A DNA stretch of 64,000 nt, from NCBI GenBank assembly GCA_048267265.1, contig JBLWXW010000020.1, forward strand, positions 1,613 to 65,612, written 5' to 3'. The notes under the pieces are model-generated. The model made no database searches. It was not told the DNA's origin and worked only from the letters and a program-made list of their open reading frames with translations. Each line of letters starts with the position of its first letter. Position 1 is the first letter of the stretch. The stretch is from Bacteriovoracaceae bacterium (GTDB taxonomy: Bacteria > Bdellovibrionota > Bacteriovoracia > Bacteriovoracales > Bacteriovoracaceae). This document shows positions 37,124-47,136 of the stretch, in pieces. The translations under genes were made by a program, and so were the position numbers.

Positions 37124-38437
37124 CTATAGTAAGTGCGATGCTGCTTCTGAAAGCGGCGATCTCTCCCCTTGAGTAAGAACAGTATGACTTACAATGGCCT
37201 CACTCTTCATTCTTTCAAGAGCATAAACAAGACCATTATTAACCTCATCTAAGTATGGGCTATCAATCTGATAGGGGTCACCTGTTAGAACAATTTTCGT
37301 TCCCTCACCCGCACGTGTGATAATTGTTTTCACTTCATGGGGAGAAAGGTTTTGGGCTTCATCGACAATCAGGTACTGACCGGGGATAGAGCGCCCACGA
37401 ATATAAGTAAGGGGCTCAATATGGAGTAGACCATGATTAATGAGATCTTCATAGCTGGCCGAACCATCTGTGCGATACTGGCCAAAGAGAAAGTCCATAT
37501 TATCAAAAATAGGCTGCATCCAAGGACCAAGCTTTTCATTAACATCACCAGGCAGATAACCGAGATCTCGTCCCATCGGTTGAATCGGACGTGAAACAAG
37601 GAGACGACTAAATTGTTCATCACCCACTGTTCTTTCTAGTCCAGCAGCAATGGCCATTAAGGTCTTCCCAGTACCGGCCTTCCCCACAAGAGAGACCAGT
37701 TGTACTTCATCGTTCATAAGAGCATCAAAAGCGAACTGCTGCTCAATATTCTTTGGGTAGATGCCCCAAACACCTTCACGTAAGTTTACAAGAGGAACAA
37801 TTCCATCTTTCTTCTTATCATAGCGTCCCAGTGCACGACGACGTTCGTTTCCGGGTAATTGCATGATGAAGTACTCGTTAGGGCAAATATCTTCAAGGCC
37901 TATATCTCTTAGAGGAAGAAACTTCTCTGTTTCAAAGAAGTTAATCAACTCTTCTTCTATCTCAACTGTTCTTTGACCTTGATAGAGCTTAAAGTCTGAA
38001 ACATCTCTTTGACCATAATCTTCGGCGGGGACTCCAAGAACATCGGCCTTTAATCTAAGGTTGATATCTTTGGTAATAAGCAGTGTATCCTCGCCAGAAG
38101 CACTACAGCTTAGGGCCGCACCAAGAATGATATTATCATTGATACTGAGATCTATAGAAGTCTTCTCACTAAGAGATGCTTTTGTATCTACCGTTAGGAA
38201 GAACTTCCCACCATTATCAAGATCGACACCATCAACAAGATGACCTTTAAGTCTTAAGTCATCAATGATCCTTGAGAAATGACGAGCATTACGTCCATTT
38301 TCATTCTGGTCTTTCTTAAAGCGATCCACTTCTTCAATAACGATGAGGGGAACAACAACTTTATTATTTCCGAATTTATTAATGGCCTGAGGGTCAAAAA
38401 GAATGACGTTTGTGTCGAGAACGAATGTTTTATCCAA
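37124..38437 (-). CDS. PIN-domain / PhoH-like ATPase fusion (PhoH2/YlaK-like)
   Basis: N-terminal FVLDTNVILFDP...PLIVIEEVD (PIN acidic residues). C-terminal GKAGTGKTLMAIAAGL Walker A and YLIVDEAQNL Walker B of PhoH. TTG start. Confidence 0.85.
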   Translation of the reverse strand: MDKTFVLDTNVILFDPQAINKFGNNKVVVPLIVIEEVDRFKKDQNENGRNARHFSRIIDDLRLKGHLVDGVDLDNGGKFFLTVDTKASLSEKTSIDLSINDNIILGAALSCSASGEDTLLITKDINLRLKADVLGVPAEDYGQRDVSDFKLYQGQRTVEIEEELINFFETEKFLPLRDIGLEDICPNEYFIMQLPGNERRRALGRYDKKKDGIVPLVNLREGVWGIYPKNIEQQFAFDALMNDEVQLVSLVGKAGTGKTLMAIAAGLERTVGDEQFSRLLVSRPIQPMGRDLGYLPGDVNEKLGPWMQPIFDNMDFLFGQYRTDGSASYEDLINHGLLHIEPLTYIRGRSIPGQYLIVDEAQNLSPHEVKTIITRAGEGTKIVLTGDPYQIDSPYLDEVNNGLVYALERMKSEAIVSHTVLTQGERSPLSEAASHLL

Positions 38438-38673
38438 TAGAATCCTCCATGATAAGAAGCCTTGATAGGATTACAAAGCTTCCCTTATAAAATTGTAGGA
38501 AATTAAATACCGAATGCAAAGAAATTGCCCCTTTATAATCAGTGTTTTATACAATCTTTCCCTTAAGAGGATATATTTGCACGCTGCCCAAAATCCTTAA
38601 TCCCTCATAAAATAGAAATGAAGTAGGTTTACAGGAAAACCGATCTTTTTTATCAGGCAACTTTTGAGGACCA

Positions 38674-39828
38674 TTGAAAAAACTCTTAGGCCCACTCATT
38701 CTACTTATCTGTTTTGCTTTTACTGAAGTGAAGGCCGAGTTTAGTTATCTTCGAAGAAGTTCGGAGGCATTACTGATGGGTGATGCCTATACGGCCGTGG
38801 CCGATGATGAAAACACACTCTTCTATAACCCAGCAGCGCTGGGTAGGAATCGTGGGGTTCAAATTGTTCCCTTGAAAGTTAATATCATCGTTCCCGATGT
38901 TTTGGACAAGGAAATTAGTCTCGATAATCCTAGTGTTGGACTCTCCGAGCGCTTTCAGGACTTTCCTAAAGAAACCGATGCCATCGCAGATCGAGTTCTG
39001 GGAGAGCCCCTCTTCATTGAACTCTCCTCTGCACCTTCGATTAAGTTTTTAAACTTCGGATTCAACTTTTTTGCCGTATCTAAAACAAGTATGGACCTTC
39101 AAAATGCAATTCATCCCGTACTTAATATAGACTATCGACTCGATCGTGGATTTATCACGGGCTATGCCTTCAACTTTGGAAATGGAGGAGTAGGAAGGAA
39201 TCCCTCTGGGCACCGAAGTACACTGGGGCTTGGCTTTAAAACCATGAATCGCCAGGGGCTAACTAATAACTTCGATCTCTTTGGAACAGAGTTATTGGAT
39301 GTGATTTCAAATTCTGATGACTATGCCTCTATCCGAAAAAATCTAGGATACTCTAAGGGCTCAGGCTATGGTTTTGACCTAGGTTTTGAACATAATATTT
39401 TCATGGGGCCAACCCATATGACTTTTGGTGTCTCTTGGCTTGATGTTGGCGATACTTCCTTTTCTAAAGAAGAGGGGGAATATGCCATTCCAGATCAGGA
39501 GCAATCTTTAAACTTTGGATTCTCTTTTAACCAAGACCTTGGCCTATTGGATTATACTCTCGCTGCGGATTACGGAAATGCTCTTGATGAACGAACGGCC
39601 GCAGCTTCAAAAATAAAGCTCGGAGCTCGGGTACGCTTACCTCTCCTTGATTTTTATACCGGCTATAATGCAGGTTATATGTCATGGGGACTTGGTGTTA
39701 ATGCTTTCTTCTTTGATATCAAGCTAGGCTTCTATGGAACTGAACTTGGGCGCAACTTTCGACAAAGAGAGAGCAAGCGTACGGTTTTAACCATATCTTT
39801 GGCCGAGATCAATCTCGATGCCTTCTAG
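38674..39828 (+). CDS. outer-membrane beta-barrel protein (PorV/FadL-like N-terminal motif)
   Basis: Signal peptide. LLMGDAYTAVADDENTLFYNPAALG resembles the N-terminal motif of PorV/FadL-like barrels. Tyr/Gly-rich strands. TTG start. Confidence 0.55.
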   Translation: MKKLLGPLILLICFAFTEVKAEFSYLRRSSEALLMGDAYTAVADDENTLFYNPAALGRNRGVQIVPLKVNIIVPDVLDKEISLDNPSVGLSERFQDFPKETDAIADRVLGEPLFIELSSAPSIKFLNFGFNFFAVSKTSMDLQNAIHPVLNIDYRLDRGFITGYAFNFGNGGVGRNPSGHRSTLGLGFKTMNRQGLTNNFDLFGTELLDVISNSDDYASIRKNLGYSKGSGYGFDLGFEHNIFMGPTHMTFGVSWLDVGDTSFSKEEGEYAIPDQEQSLNFGFSFNQDLGLLDYTLAADYGNALDERTAAASKIKLGARVRLPLLDFYTGYNAGYMSWGLGVNAFFFDIKLGFYGTELGRNFRQRESKRTVLTISLAEINLDAF

Positions 39829-39862
39829 ACGTAGCTAGTTCAATAATTTATTGTTATAGGCT

Positions 39863-41308
39863 ATGAAAAAGCCAAACCTATTCTTCTCGCTGATACCTAT
39901 TACCTTTCTTGTCATTCTTCTTATTGTGAATGTGGTCATTTTCAAAGATGATGCCTCCTACGGCCCCAATCAAGTGGCCCTGTTACTTGGGGCATTAGTA
40001 GCGGGATTCATTGGTCATTTTAAATATGGATATAAGTTTGATGTCATTGAAAAAGGTATCAATGATGCCACTTCAAATGCTCTTTCGGCCATGATTATTC
40101 TGATCGTCATTGGCGCACTTATTGGAACCTGGATTCTTTCAGGAACCGTTCCCGCCCTCATTTACTTCGGGCTCAAAATCATCACACCAAAAGTTTTTCT
40201 ACCCGTAACGTGCATCGCTTGTGCCGTCGTCTCCATTGCAACAGGAAGTTCTTGGTCAACGACAGGAACGATTGGAATTGCTTTAATTGGAATTGGTCAG
40301 GCCCTAGGTTTTGATTCAGGTCTTGTCGCTGGCGCGATTATTTCGGGAGCGTACTTTGGTGATAAGATGTCACCTCTTTCGGATACGACCAACCTTGCAG
40401 CCGCCATGGCCGGCACAGATCTCTTCACTCATATTAAACATATGGTCTATACCACGGGACCTGCAATGATTTCTGCAGTAGTAATATTCACGCTCATTGG
40501 TTTTACTAATTCTCCAGCGATTATTGCCACATCAGGAATTAACGAAATCACTTCTGTTTTAGATCAACATTTCAATATTACTTTTTGGTCCTTTATCCCA
40601 GCGATCGTGGTTCTTATTCTCGTGAGAAAGAAAATACCAGCTCTTCCTGCCATTACTTTAGGGATTCTAAGTGCTGTTATTGTGGCCGTTGTATTTCAAC
40701 AAGAGCTTCTCATTAAGATGATGGGAGGGAGTCACTCTTTTAAAGATCTGTATAAGATTATCATCTCCGTATCCTATGGAGGATTTTCAATAGAGTCTGG
40801 TCACAAAATTATTGATAAACTTCTTAATCGTGGTGGAATGGAAGGAATGCTTACGACAGTTTGGCTGATCTTTTCGGCAATGGTATTTGGTGGAACACTG
40901 GAGGCGACGGGAATGCTCCAAGAAATTGCCTCTTCCATTCTAAAAGTTGTGAAAGGAACAGGAAGCCTGATTGGGGCCACAATTGGAAGTTGTATTTTTC
41001 TCAACGCCACCGCTTCCGATCAATACTTGGCCATCGTCGTTCCGGGAAGAATGTTTAAGAAGGCCTATGATGACTATAATCTCGCACCAGAGAATTTATC
41101 TCGTGCTCTAGAAGATGCTGGAACGGTAACTTCTGTTCTCATTCCATGGAATAGCGGTGGGGCCTATAATTCAGGAGTTCTCGGTGTTCCTACTCTTACC
41201 TATATGCCCTATTGTTTCTTCAATATCCTAAGCCCACTCATTTCCATTTTCTTTGGGGCGATGAATATCACTATCACAGAAAAAATAAAAAAAACGGCCC
41301 TTAAATAA
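39863..41308 (+). CDS. nhaC: Na+/H+ antiporter, NhaC family
   Basis: 481 aa with 11-12 TM segments and NhaC-like sequence throughout (GPNQVALLLGALVAGFIG, SGTVPALIYFGL, FGDKMSPLSDTTNLAAA). Confidence 0.8.
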   Translation: MKKPNLFFSLIPITFLVILLIVNVVIFKDDASYGPNQVALLLGALVAGFIGHFKYGYKFDVIEKGINDATSNALSAMIILIVIGALIGTWILSGTVPALIYFGLKIITPKVFLPVTCIACAVVSIATGSSWSTTGTIGIALIGIGQALGFDSGLVAGAIISGAYFGDKMSPLSDTTNLAAAMAGTDLFTHIKHMVYTTGPAMISAVVIFTLIGFTNSPAIIATSGINEITSVLDQHFNITFWSFIPAIVVLILVRKKIPALPAITLGILSAVIVAVVFQQELLIKMMGGSHSFKDLYKIIISVSYGGFSIESGHKIIDKLLNRGGMEGMLTTVWLIFSAMVFGGTLEATGMLQEIASSILKVVKGTGSLIGATIGSCIFLNATASDQYLAIVVPGRMFKKAYDDYNLAPENLSRALEDAGTVTSVLIPWNSGGAYNSGVLGVPTLTYMPYCFFNILSPLISIFFGAMNITITEKIKKTALK

Positions 41309-41313
41309 GGGCC
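41281..41313 (-). terminator. rho-independent terminator of the 696-aa lipoprotein gene, embedded in the 3' end of nhaC
   Basis: Stem CGGCCCTT/AAGGGCCG (41294-41313). The U-run is present only on the minus-sense RNA. The hairpin spans the nhaC stop codon. Confidence 0.7.
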
Positions 41314-41330
41314 GAGTATTTATGCTCACT

Positions 41331-43421
41331 TTAGTAAGTTTGGCATTGAACATTAAGCGAGTACTGTGTACCAAAAGCATCATATGTAGAAAGGTATACA
41401 TAAGCTCCACCAACAGTTCTTCCTGTAGGAGCAGCTAAGGTAGAGATGTCAAATGAATGAGTTTTTCCACTAATGTCACCTTGCAGAGCATTTGGATCTG
41501 GATCTGTACTACAGCTTCCTGTTGCACAATAAGAGTTTATATTCAAATAGGAGTAATTCAAGTCAGCTCCGGCCCCGACTTTAATACTTAAATCAGGAAA
41601 GGCATCATTGGTTCCAACACTTGCACAGAAATCTGACCAGCTCTCAGGAGTTGTAGGAACTGGAACAAGCTCTCCAGCATTTGAAGCACTCAACTTCTTT
41701 GGACGTGTAACATAAACTGGCTGAGGAGCAGATGCTGAGGCGTGGACTCCTCCACTTGAGTTCTTAAAAGTAAGGGTAAAGGCCTCGATTTCGGCCATTG
41801 CATTAACTTGAGCATCAGTCATTTCATACTTATACCCATCATAATTAAAGCTACAGTACCCTGTATTATAACCTTCATCATTACAATCAAGATCAGATCC
41901 CTGACAAGATGTCATATCAGCATAAGTGCTACCATCGCAAGAATTGACATAGGCATTTGACCCATCTCCTTGAATAAGACGTGCCGTCCCCATCTGGTCG
42001 GCAACCATAGTGAAAACTAGACCACTTGTGAGTACATTTTCACCAGTGATCGTAACAGATTCACCTGCCGTAAGTGGCGTACTCATCTCATCTAAGAAGA
42101 GATTTATTCCAGTGCTATAAGACATCTCTTTTTTTACACTTCCATCCATTTTATAAGCAGCTTCTGCTCTATTTTCTACATCAAAATAAAAGCTATCTGA
42201 TTGCTGATTACCATAGAACTTCCACTTGCTATCCGTATCTTTCTTGAAGATATCGACTTCAAATTCAGACCCTTCTCCATCATCATCTTTCCAAGCGATT
42301 GAAAAAGAAATAAGGGCCTTCTCATCATCTGGAAAATAGTTCACAATAGCAACATTTGAGAAGGTAATTGTCTCTTCGTTGATATAGTTACAATTTGATT
42401 CTTCATCAGCCTCTTTATCTTGATCAGCATCTTGATAGCAAAACCAACTCCAAACATCTTTTTCTCTATTTTTTCCATTGTCTTTATAAGACGAATGCAT
42501 AATTGAATCAAATAATGCCTTCCCCTCTGTCTTACAAGCAGCAGAAGCTGCTCCTCCACATCGAGTCGTAAAGTCATTAAATTTCGACGAAATGGTTTCA
42601 AAAGTTGATTTAATATTGTCATACATACTGGCCTGTTCAGTAAGTTGCTCTTTAATTTCGCTAACCTTGCTCTTAAAAGAATTAGCATCTAATTGCACAA
42701 CCGGATCTTGTGTATTTTCATCGACGCTATCTTCAAAGATACTTGCGCTATTCATTCCCGGAACATTTGGTTTGAAGGCAACTTTGATATTCGTGGATGA
42801 CTCGAAATCGACATCGATAATATCAAGTAGCCCATCCATTCCTGAAGAACTTCCCGCTTCAAGGGTACCATTCATAAAGTCAGCGTCATCTTCTGATAGA
42901 AGGGATCCTTCACCAATAATTCCTGCTTCTTTAAACTTTTGAATAAGCTTAGTCTGTTCTTGCTTAACTTTCTCTTTACTGAAAGAAGATGCCTTTGACT
43001 CAAAATTTGCAAAGATATCAGCTGCCTTTTTAATTCCAAAAGTATTGGCCACAATGATATTAGATAAGGGAGTTACATTAACTTTCTTTCCCGTATTGAT
43101 ATCATCATCACTGGCCACAGATACAAGTGACTTAGAGGAAGATTCAACTTTAATAAGATAGGGAGAACTTAAGGAACTTACATCTACACTATAGCCTCCA
43201 TCAGCCCCAGTCGTTCCAGTTGCTTTAGAACCACTGGCTCCTTTAATGGTTACATTAGCACCGGCCATGGGCGCACCCGTTGCAGCAACCCCAGATAATC
43301 CTCCAGAGCCAAAACTTCCTGTTGGGTTACCATCAGAGCCACAGCTAACAGCTCCTGCCAGAGTAAGGCCTAGAGTAACTGCTTTAAATACTTTCTTTTT
43401 ACTAACTCTTTTCTCAGACAT
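41331..43421 (-). CDS. large lipoprotein of unknown function
   Basis: Lipobox GAVSC. N-terminal GANVTIKGASGSKATGTTGADGGYSVDV resembles a carboxypeptidase-regulatory-like beta-sandwich. Cys-rich C-terminal third. Confidence 0.6.
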   Translation of the reverse strand: MSEKRVSKKKVFKAVTLGLTLAGAVSCGSDGNPTGSFGSGGLSGVAATGAPMAGANVTIKGASGSKATGTTGADGGYSVDVSSLSSPYLIKVESSSKSLVSVASDDDINTGKKVNVTPLSNIIVANTFGIKKAADIFANFESKASSFSKEKVKQEQTKLIQKFKEAGIIGEGSLLSEDDADFMNGTLEAGSSSGMDGLLDIIDVDFESSTNIKVAFKPNVPGMNSASIFEDSVDENTQDPVVQLDANSFKSKVSEIKEQLTEQASMYDNIKSTFETISSKFNDFTTRCGGAASAACKTEGKALFDSIMHSSYKDNGKNREKDVWSWFCYQDADQDKEADEESNCNYINEETITFSNVAIVNYFPDDEKALISFSIAWKDDDGEGSEFEVDIFKKDTDSKWKFYGNQQSDSFYFDVENRAEAAYKMDGSVKKEMSYSTGINLFLDEMSTPLTAGESVTITGENVLTSGLVFTMVADQMGTARLIQGDGSNAYVNSCDGSTYADMTSCQGSDLDCNDEGYNTGYCSFNYDGYKYEMTDAQVNAMAEIEAFTLTFKNSSGGVHASASAPQPVYVTRPKKLSASNAGELVPVPTTPESWSDFCASVGTNDAFPDLSIKVGAGADLNYSYLNINSYCATGSCSTDPDPNALQGDISGKTHSFDISTLAAPTGRTVGGAYVYLSTYDAFGTQYSLNVQCQTY

Positions 43422-43793
43422 TTAATTCCCCCTAAGTATGTCAGACGTACCACATTAGATATTTTCTAAATTAAATAGGTGTATGGGATTATCGACTTAA
43501 AAAGAGAATAATTGAGTCCGTTTCCAGTAAAAATCCTAAACTCAAGTTATATTAGAAACTTAGGGAAGTAGTTAAAATTATAGCACTTTTGAAGGTAAAG
43601 ATTTCTTAAACCTAGCTGCCAAAGAAGTTAGTCACCGACGCTCAAAACTCAAGAAAGCTTAACCCCTATAGTATTATAAAAACTTATAAAGATCTTTTTA
43701 AATATTAATGTGCAGCATTCTTTTCTGAAAAAATCAGTTGGAGCCCCTATACTCTAAATTAATTTGATACAGCTGAGAAAACAGGAGAGAAGA

Positions 43794-44726
43794 ATGGGAC
43801 ATTTAATCAAGGGAAAGTGGAAGAGCGGAGATGTCATTACCAGCAACGATGCTGGGGAGTTTGATCGTGAAAAAAGTGTCTTTCGTGAGTGGATTTCTAA
43901 AGATCATCCGACCTATAAGCCTGAAAAAAATCGCTACCACCTCTACGTAAGTTACGCTTGCCCCTGGGCCCATCGTACGCTCATAACGAGAAAGCTTAAG
44001 AAACTAGAAGATATTATTTCTATCAGTGTAGTTCATCCTCATATGTTAGAGCATAGCTGGAGTTTTGATTCGAGCTTTGAAGGGGCCACAGAGGATACAG
44101 TTAATCATAAGAAGCATCTCTATGAAGTTTACCTTATCCATGACCCTTTACTGACTTCCAAAGTAACCGTTCCAGTACTCTGGGATAAGGTGACCCATAC
44201 TATAGTGAATAATGAATCATCTGAAATTATTCGTATGCTTAATAGTGAGTTCAATGAATTCGGAAATGATGACCTCGACCTTTATCCAGAACACTTAAAA
44301 GATGAGATTGAGAGCTGGAATAGTCGAATTTATGAACCCATAAACAATGGTGTCTACAGGACGGGCTTTGCCAAGAACCAAGAGGCCTATGAAAGAGCCT
44401 TTAATGAACTCTTTACAGCGCTTGATCAACTAGAAGTCTATCTTGAAAATTGTGAGTACTTGGTTTCAAATCAGCTTACGGAAGCTGACGTGAGGCTGAT
44501 TACGACACTGCTTCGCTTTGATGCCGTCTACTACGGACATTTCAAATGTAACCAAAAGAAAATATCTGAATACCCTAACCTCTTTAAGTACACCAAGAAT
44601 TTATATCAACTCGATGCTATTAAAGAGACGACAAATATCCGCCATATTAAAGAGCACTATTACTATTCCCATGATTTTATCAATCCAACTCGAATAGTGC
44701 CCATAGGTCCAGATTCCCTCTTCTAG
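43794..44726 (+). CDS. yqjG: glutathionyl-hydroquinone reductase / Xi-class glutathione S-transferase (YqjG/ECM4-like)
   Basis: YHLYVSYACPWAHRTLI (CPWA motif). ATG at 43794 follows AGGAGA and is preferred to the longer TTG track start. Confidence 0.82.
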   Translation: MGHLIKGKWKSGDVITSNDAGEFDREKSVFREWISKDHPTYKPEKNRYHLYVSYACPWAHRTLITRKLKKLEDIISISVVHPHMLEHSWSFDSSFEGATEDTVNHKKHLYEVYLIHDPLLTSKVTVPVLWDKVTHTIVNNESSEIIRMLNSEFNEFGNDDLDLYPEHLKDEIESWNSRIYEPINNGVYRTGFAKNQEAYERAFNELFTALDQLEVYLENCEYLVSNQLTEADVRLITTLLRFDAVYYGHFKCNQKKISEYPNLFKYTKNLYQLDAIKETTNIRHIKEHYYYSHDFINPTRIVPIGPDSLF

Positions 44727-45940
44727 TCGAGAAGGAATTTGATAAGAATATCTACGGCCTCTTTAAATTCTGCTTTTTCAGAAACAAGGCTCAGTCTCGC
44801 TGTATTGGGAGTTCCAAAGGCAATCCCTGGGACCATGGCCAGGCCATGCTTTTCAAGGAGCTCTTCGCAAATGGCCACGGAGTGATCATCATCGCCAGAC
44901 TCTTTCTTAAATCTCTCCATTACAGGAGCGCCGGAGAAGTCAATAAAGTAATAGAAGGCAGACTTAGGTTGATACCAAACATGACTGAGCTGATTATCAC
45001 CAAGAGCATCTCCTAGAGTTTCAGCATTATCCCTTAAGTGCTTTTTAATGGGCTCTAAAAATACGGGAATTTTTCCGAAGTCGAATTGGCAAAGGGCCCT
45101 TTGAACCAAAGAGTTTGCCCCAGAAGTTGTCTGACCTTGAAGTTTATTAACAACTGATACTAACTCTTTATTAGCAATAACAAATCCAATGCGAAGTCCT
45201 GTAGAAGCTAAAGTTTTTGAAATTCCTTCAATAATAATCGTGCGCTTAAGAAGCTCAGGTCTATGCTGATAGAAATACGTTGGCTTAGGATCATAGAAGT
45301 AGAGTTCAAAATAAATTTCATCAGAGATGATATTTACATGAGGATACTTCACCATAAGCTCAGCAAATCCCTTCATCCATTCATCATCATAGTGAGTTCC
45401 CGTTGGATTATTTGGGCTATTCACCACAACAAGCTTTGTCTTATCTGTTATTTTACTTTCAAGCTCTTCTAGTGAAGGAACATATACATTGTGAGTATTT
45501 CCCTCAACAACAACTTCTGTCCCTCCACAGAATCTCACCATTTCAGGGTAAGAGACCCAGTACGGTGAAAATATAATGACCTCATCGCCTTCATCAACCA
45601 AGGTTTGCATTACATTTATGATGGCGTGCTTGCCACCATTACAAACCAAGGCATCGAAATCTCCTTGAGAGGATAGGTCTACTTGCCGAGATTCTTCAAA
45701 GTGAGAAATGACTTTCTTTCGAAGCTCAGGATAACCGGCTACAGGGCTATATTGAAAGGATTTTAGAAAATCACTTTCGCTACGAATAAGTTCTACGAAT
45801 TCACTCATGGGGCGAAATGGAAGTTGCCCAGCAGTCAGGTTATAAACCTTCTTCCCATCGGCCGCCATCTGTGTGGCCTTGGCATTGAGTTTAAGGGTTA
45901 TTGATTCCGTGAGTTTCTGTACTCTACTACTTAATTCCAT
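44723..45940 (-). CDS. class I/II pyridoxal-phosphate aminotransferase (aspartate aminotransferase-like)
   Basis: NSPNNPTG and SKTLASTGLRIGF (PLP-binding Lys motif SKxxxxxGxRxG). 405 aa. Confidence 0.85.
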   Translation of the reverse strand: MELSSRVQKLTESITLKLNAKATQMAADGKKVYNLTAGQLPFRPMSEFVELIRSESDFLKSFQYSPVAGYPELRKKVISHFEESRQVDLSSQGDFDALVCNGGKHAIINVMQTLVDEGDEVIIFSPYWVSYPEMVRFCGGTEVVVEGNTHNVYVPSLEELESKITDKTKLVVVNSPNNPTGTHYDDEWMKGFAELMVKYPHVNIISDEIYFELYFYDPKPTYFYQHRPELLKRTIIIEGISKTLASTGLRIGFVIANKELVSVVNKLQGQTTSGANSLVQRALCQFDFGKIPVFLEPIKKHLRDNAETLGDALGDNQLSHVWYQPKSAFYYFIDFSGAPVMERFKKESGDDDHSVAICEELLEKHGLAMVPGIAFGTPNTARLSLVSEKAEFKEAVDILIKFLLD

Positions 45941-45949
45941 GGAGCGCTC

Positions 45950-46441
45950 CTAGCACATTGGTTTTTTTAAATAATCTAATATGGACTGAGGGACAAAATC
46001 AGAAATATCTCTTCCATGCTTATAAAGCTCTTTCACAAGTGAAGAAGAAATGAAGTAATGCTTCCCTCCAGTTGGCAGGAAGAAAGTATCTATTTCTTGA
46101 TTGAGGTGATTATTCATAGAGGCCATTTGAAATTCCATTTCAAAATCCCCTGTTGGCCTTAGCCCTCTTACAATGGCAAAAATATCATGCTGTTTTGCAT
46201 ACTCAACAACAAGTCCATCCCATGCATCGACTTTTATTCTCGGTTCATCGGCCAGATGTTTTTTGATCATCTCTACTCTTTCATCACGAGTAAAAAGAGA
46301 TTTCTTAGAAGGAGAAACGGCCACTAAAATGGTTACTTCATCAAATACCTTTAGTGCACGTTTTAATATATCATCATGCCCATTGGTAAAGGGATCAAAA
46401 GTTCCAGGATAGATCGCCTTCTTAGATACACTCGTTTTCAT
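45950..46441 (-). CDS. coaD: phosphopantetheine adenylyltransferase
   Basis: AIYPGTFDPFTNGHDDIL (T/HxGH nucleotidyltransferase motif). 163 aa. Confidence 0.93.
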   Translation of the reverse strand: MKTSVSKKAIYPGTFDPFTNGHDDILKRALKVFDEVTILVAVSPSKKSLFTRDERVEMIKKHLADEPRIKVDAWDGLVVEYAKQHDIFAIVRGLRPTGDFEMEFQMASMNNHLNQEIDTFFLPTGGKHYFISSSLVKELYKHGRDISDFVPQSILDYLKKPMC

Positions 46442-46538
46442 TCTTATTCCTTCATTGTAATTATACTGTGGTCATTATGCCTTAGGAGGGATTGCTTTGA
46501 AAACTGGCTTTGACTTAGATTTAATAGATTTAGTCGAT

Positions 46539-47120
46539 TTAGCGAAAAAATAGAGCGATATAACTTCCGCCCTGCTTAAAAACTTTATCAGGCTCATGAC
46601 CTTGATCAGACCAAAACTCTAAAGGTACACCTTTATCCTTATCAGACTCTACCCAAACCTGGGCCTTGATGTCCTTATTATTGAGTACTTTTAAAGTATC
46701 TTCCTTATACAGACTATGTCTTTCATAAGGTGGATCTACAAAAAGGATTGTATCTTTCGAGGAGAAGCACTCTTGAGGTATGGCCAGCCACTTCTCCATT
46801 GCACCAGCGCGACTAACGATGGGACGCTTAGCAAAATCTTCAGGATAGAATTTCTTCATTGTAGCAATATTCTTTTCTAAAATGGAAAGCACTCTGCGAT
46901 CTTTCTCTAGTAGAAAGCACTTCTGTGCCCCTCGAGACCATGCTTCTAAGCCCATTGCACCACTTCCTGCACAAAGGTCATAGAACTCATATTCAGATAG
47001 ATCTTGAATGGAATCAAAGACCCTTCTTTTGAGAAGAACAGAGGTTGGGCGAATTAATTGACCCTTAGGAACTAAAAGGGACCGGCTTTTTGCCAGTCCC
47101 CCTAATATTTTAATCGACAT
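46539..47120 (-). CDS. rsmD: 16S rRNA (guanine966-N2)-methyltransferase RsmD
   Basis: DLCAGSGAMGLEAWSRGA (motif I) and LFVDPPY (motif IV). 193 aa. The adjacency to coaD is typical. Confidence 0.88.
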   Translation of the reverse strand: MSIKILGGLAKSRSLLVPKGQLIRPTSVLLKRRVFDSIQDLSEYEFYDLCAGSGAMGLEAWSRGAQKCFLLEKDRRVLSILEKNIATMKKFYPEDFAKRPIVSRAGAMEKWLAIPQECFSSKDTILFVDPPYERHSLYKEDTLKVLNNKDIKAQVWVESDKDKGVPLEFWSDQGHEPDKVFKQGGSYIALFFR

Positions 47121-47136
47121 AATTTATTCTTAACCC

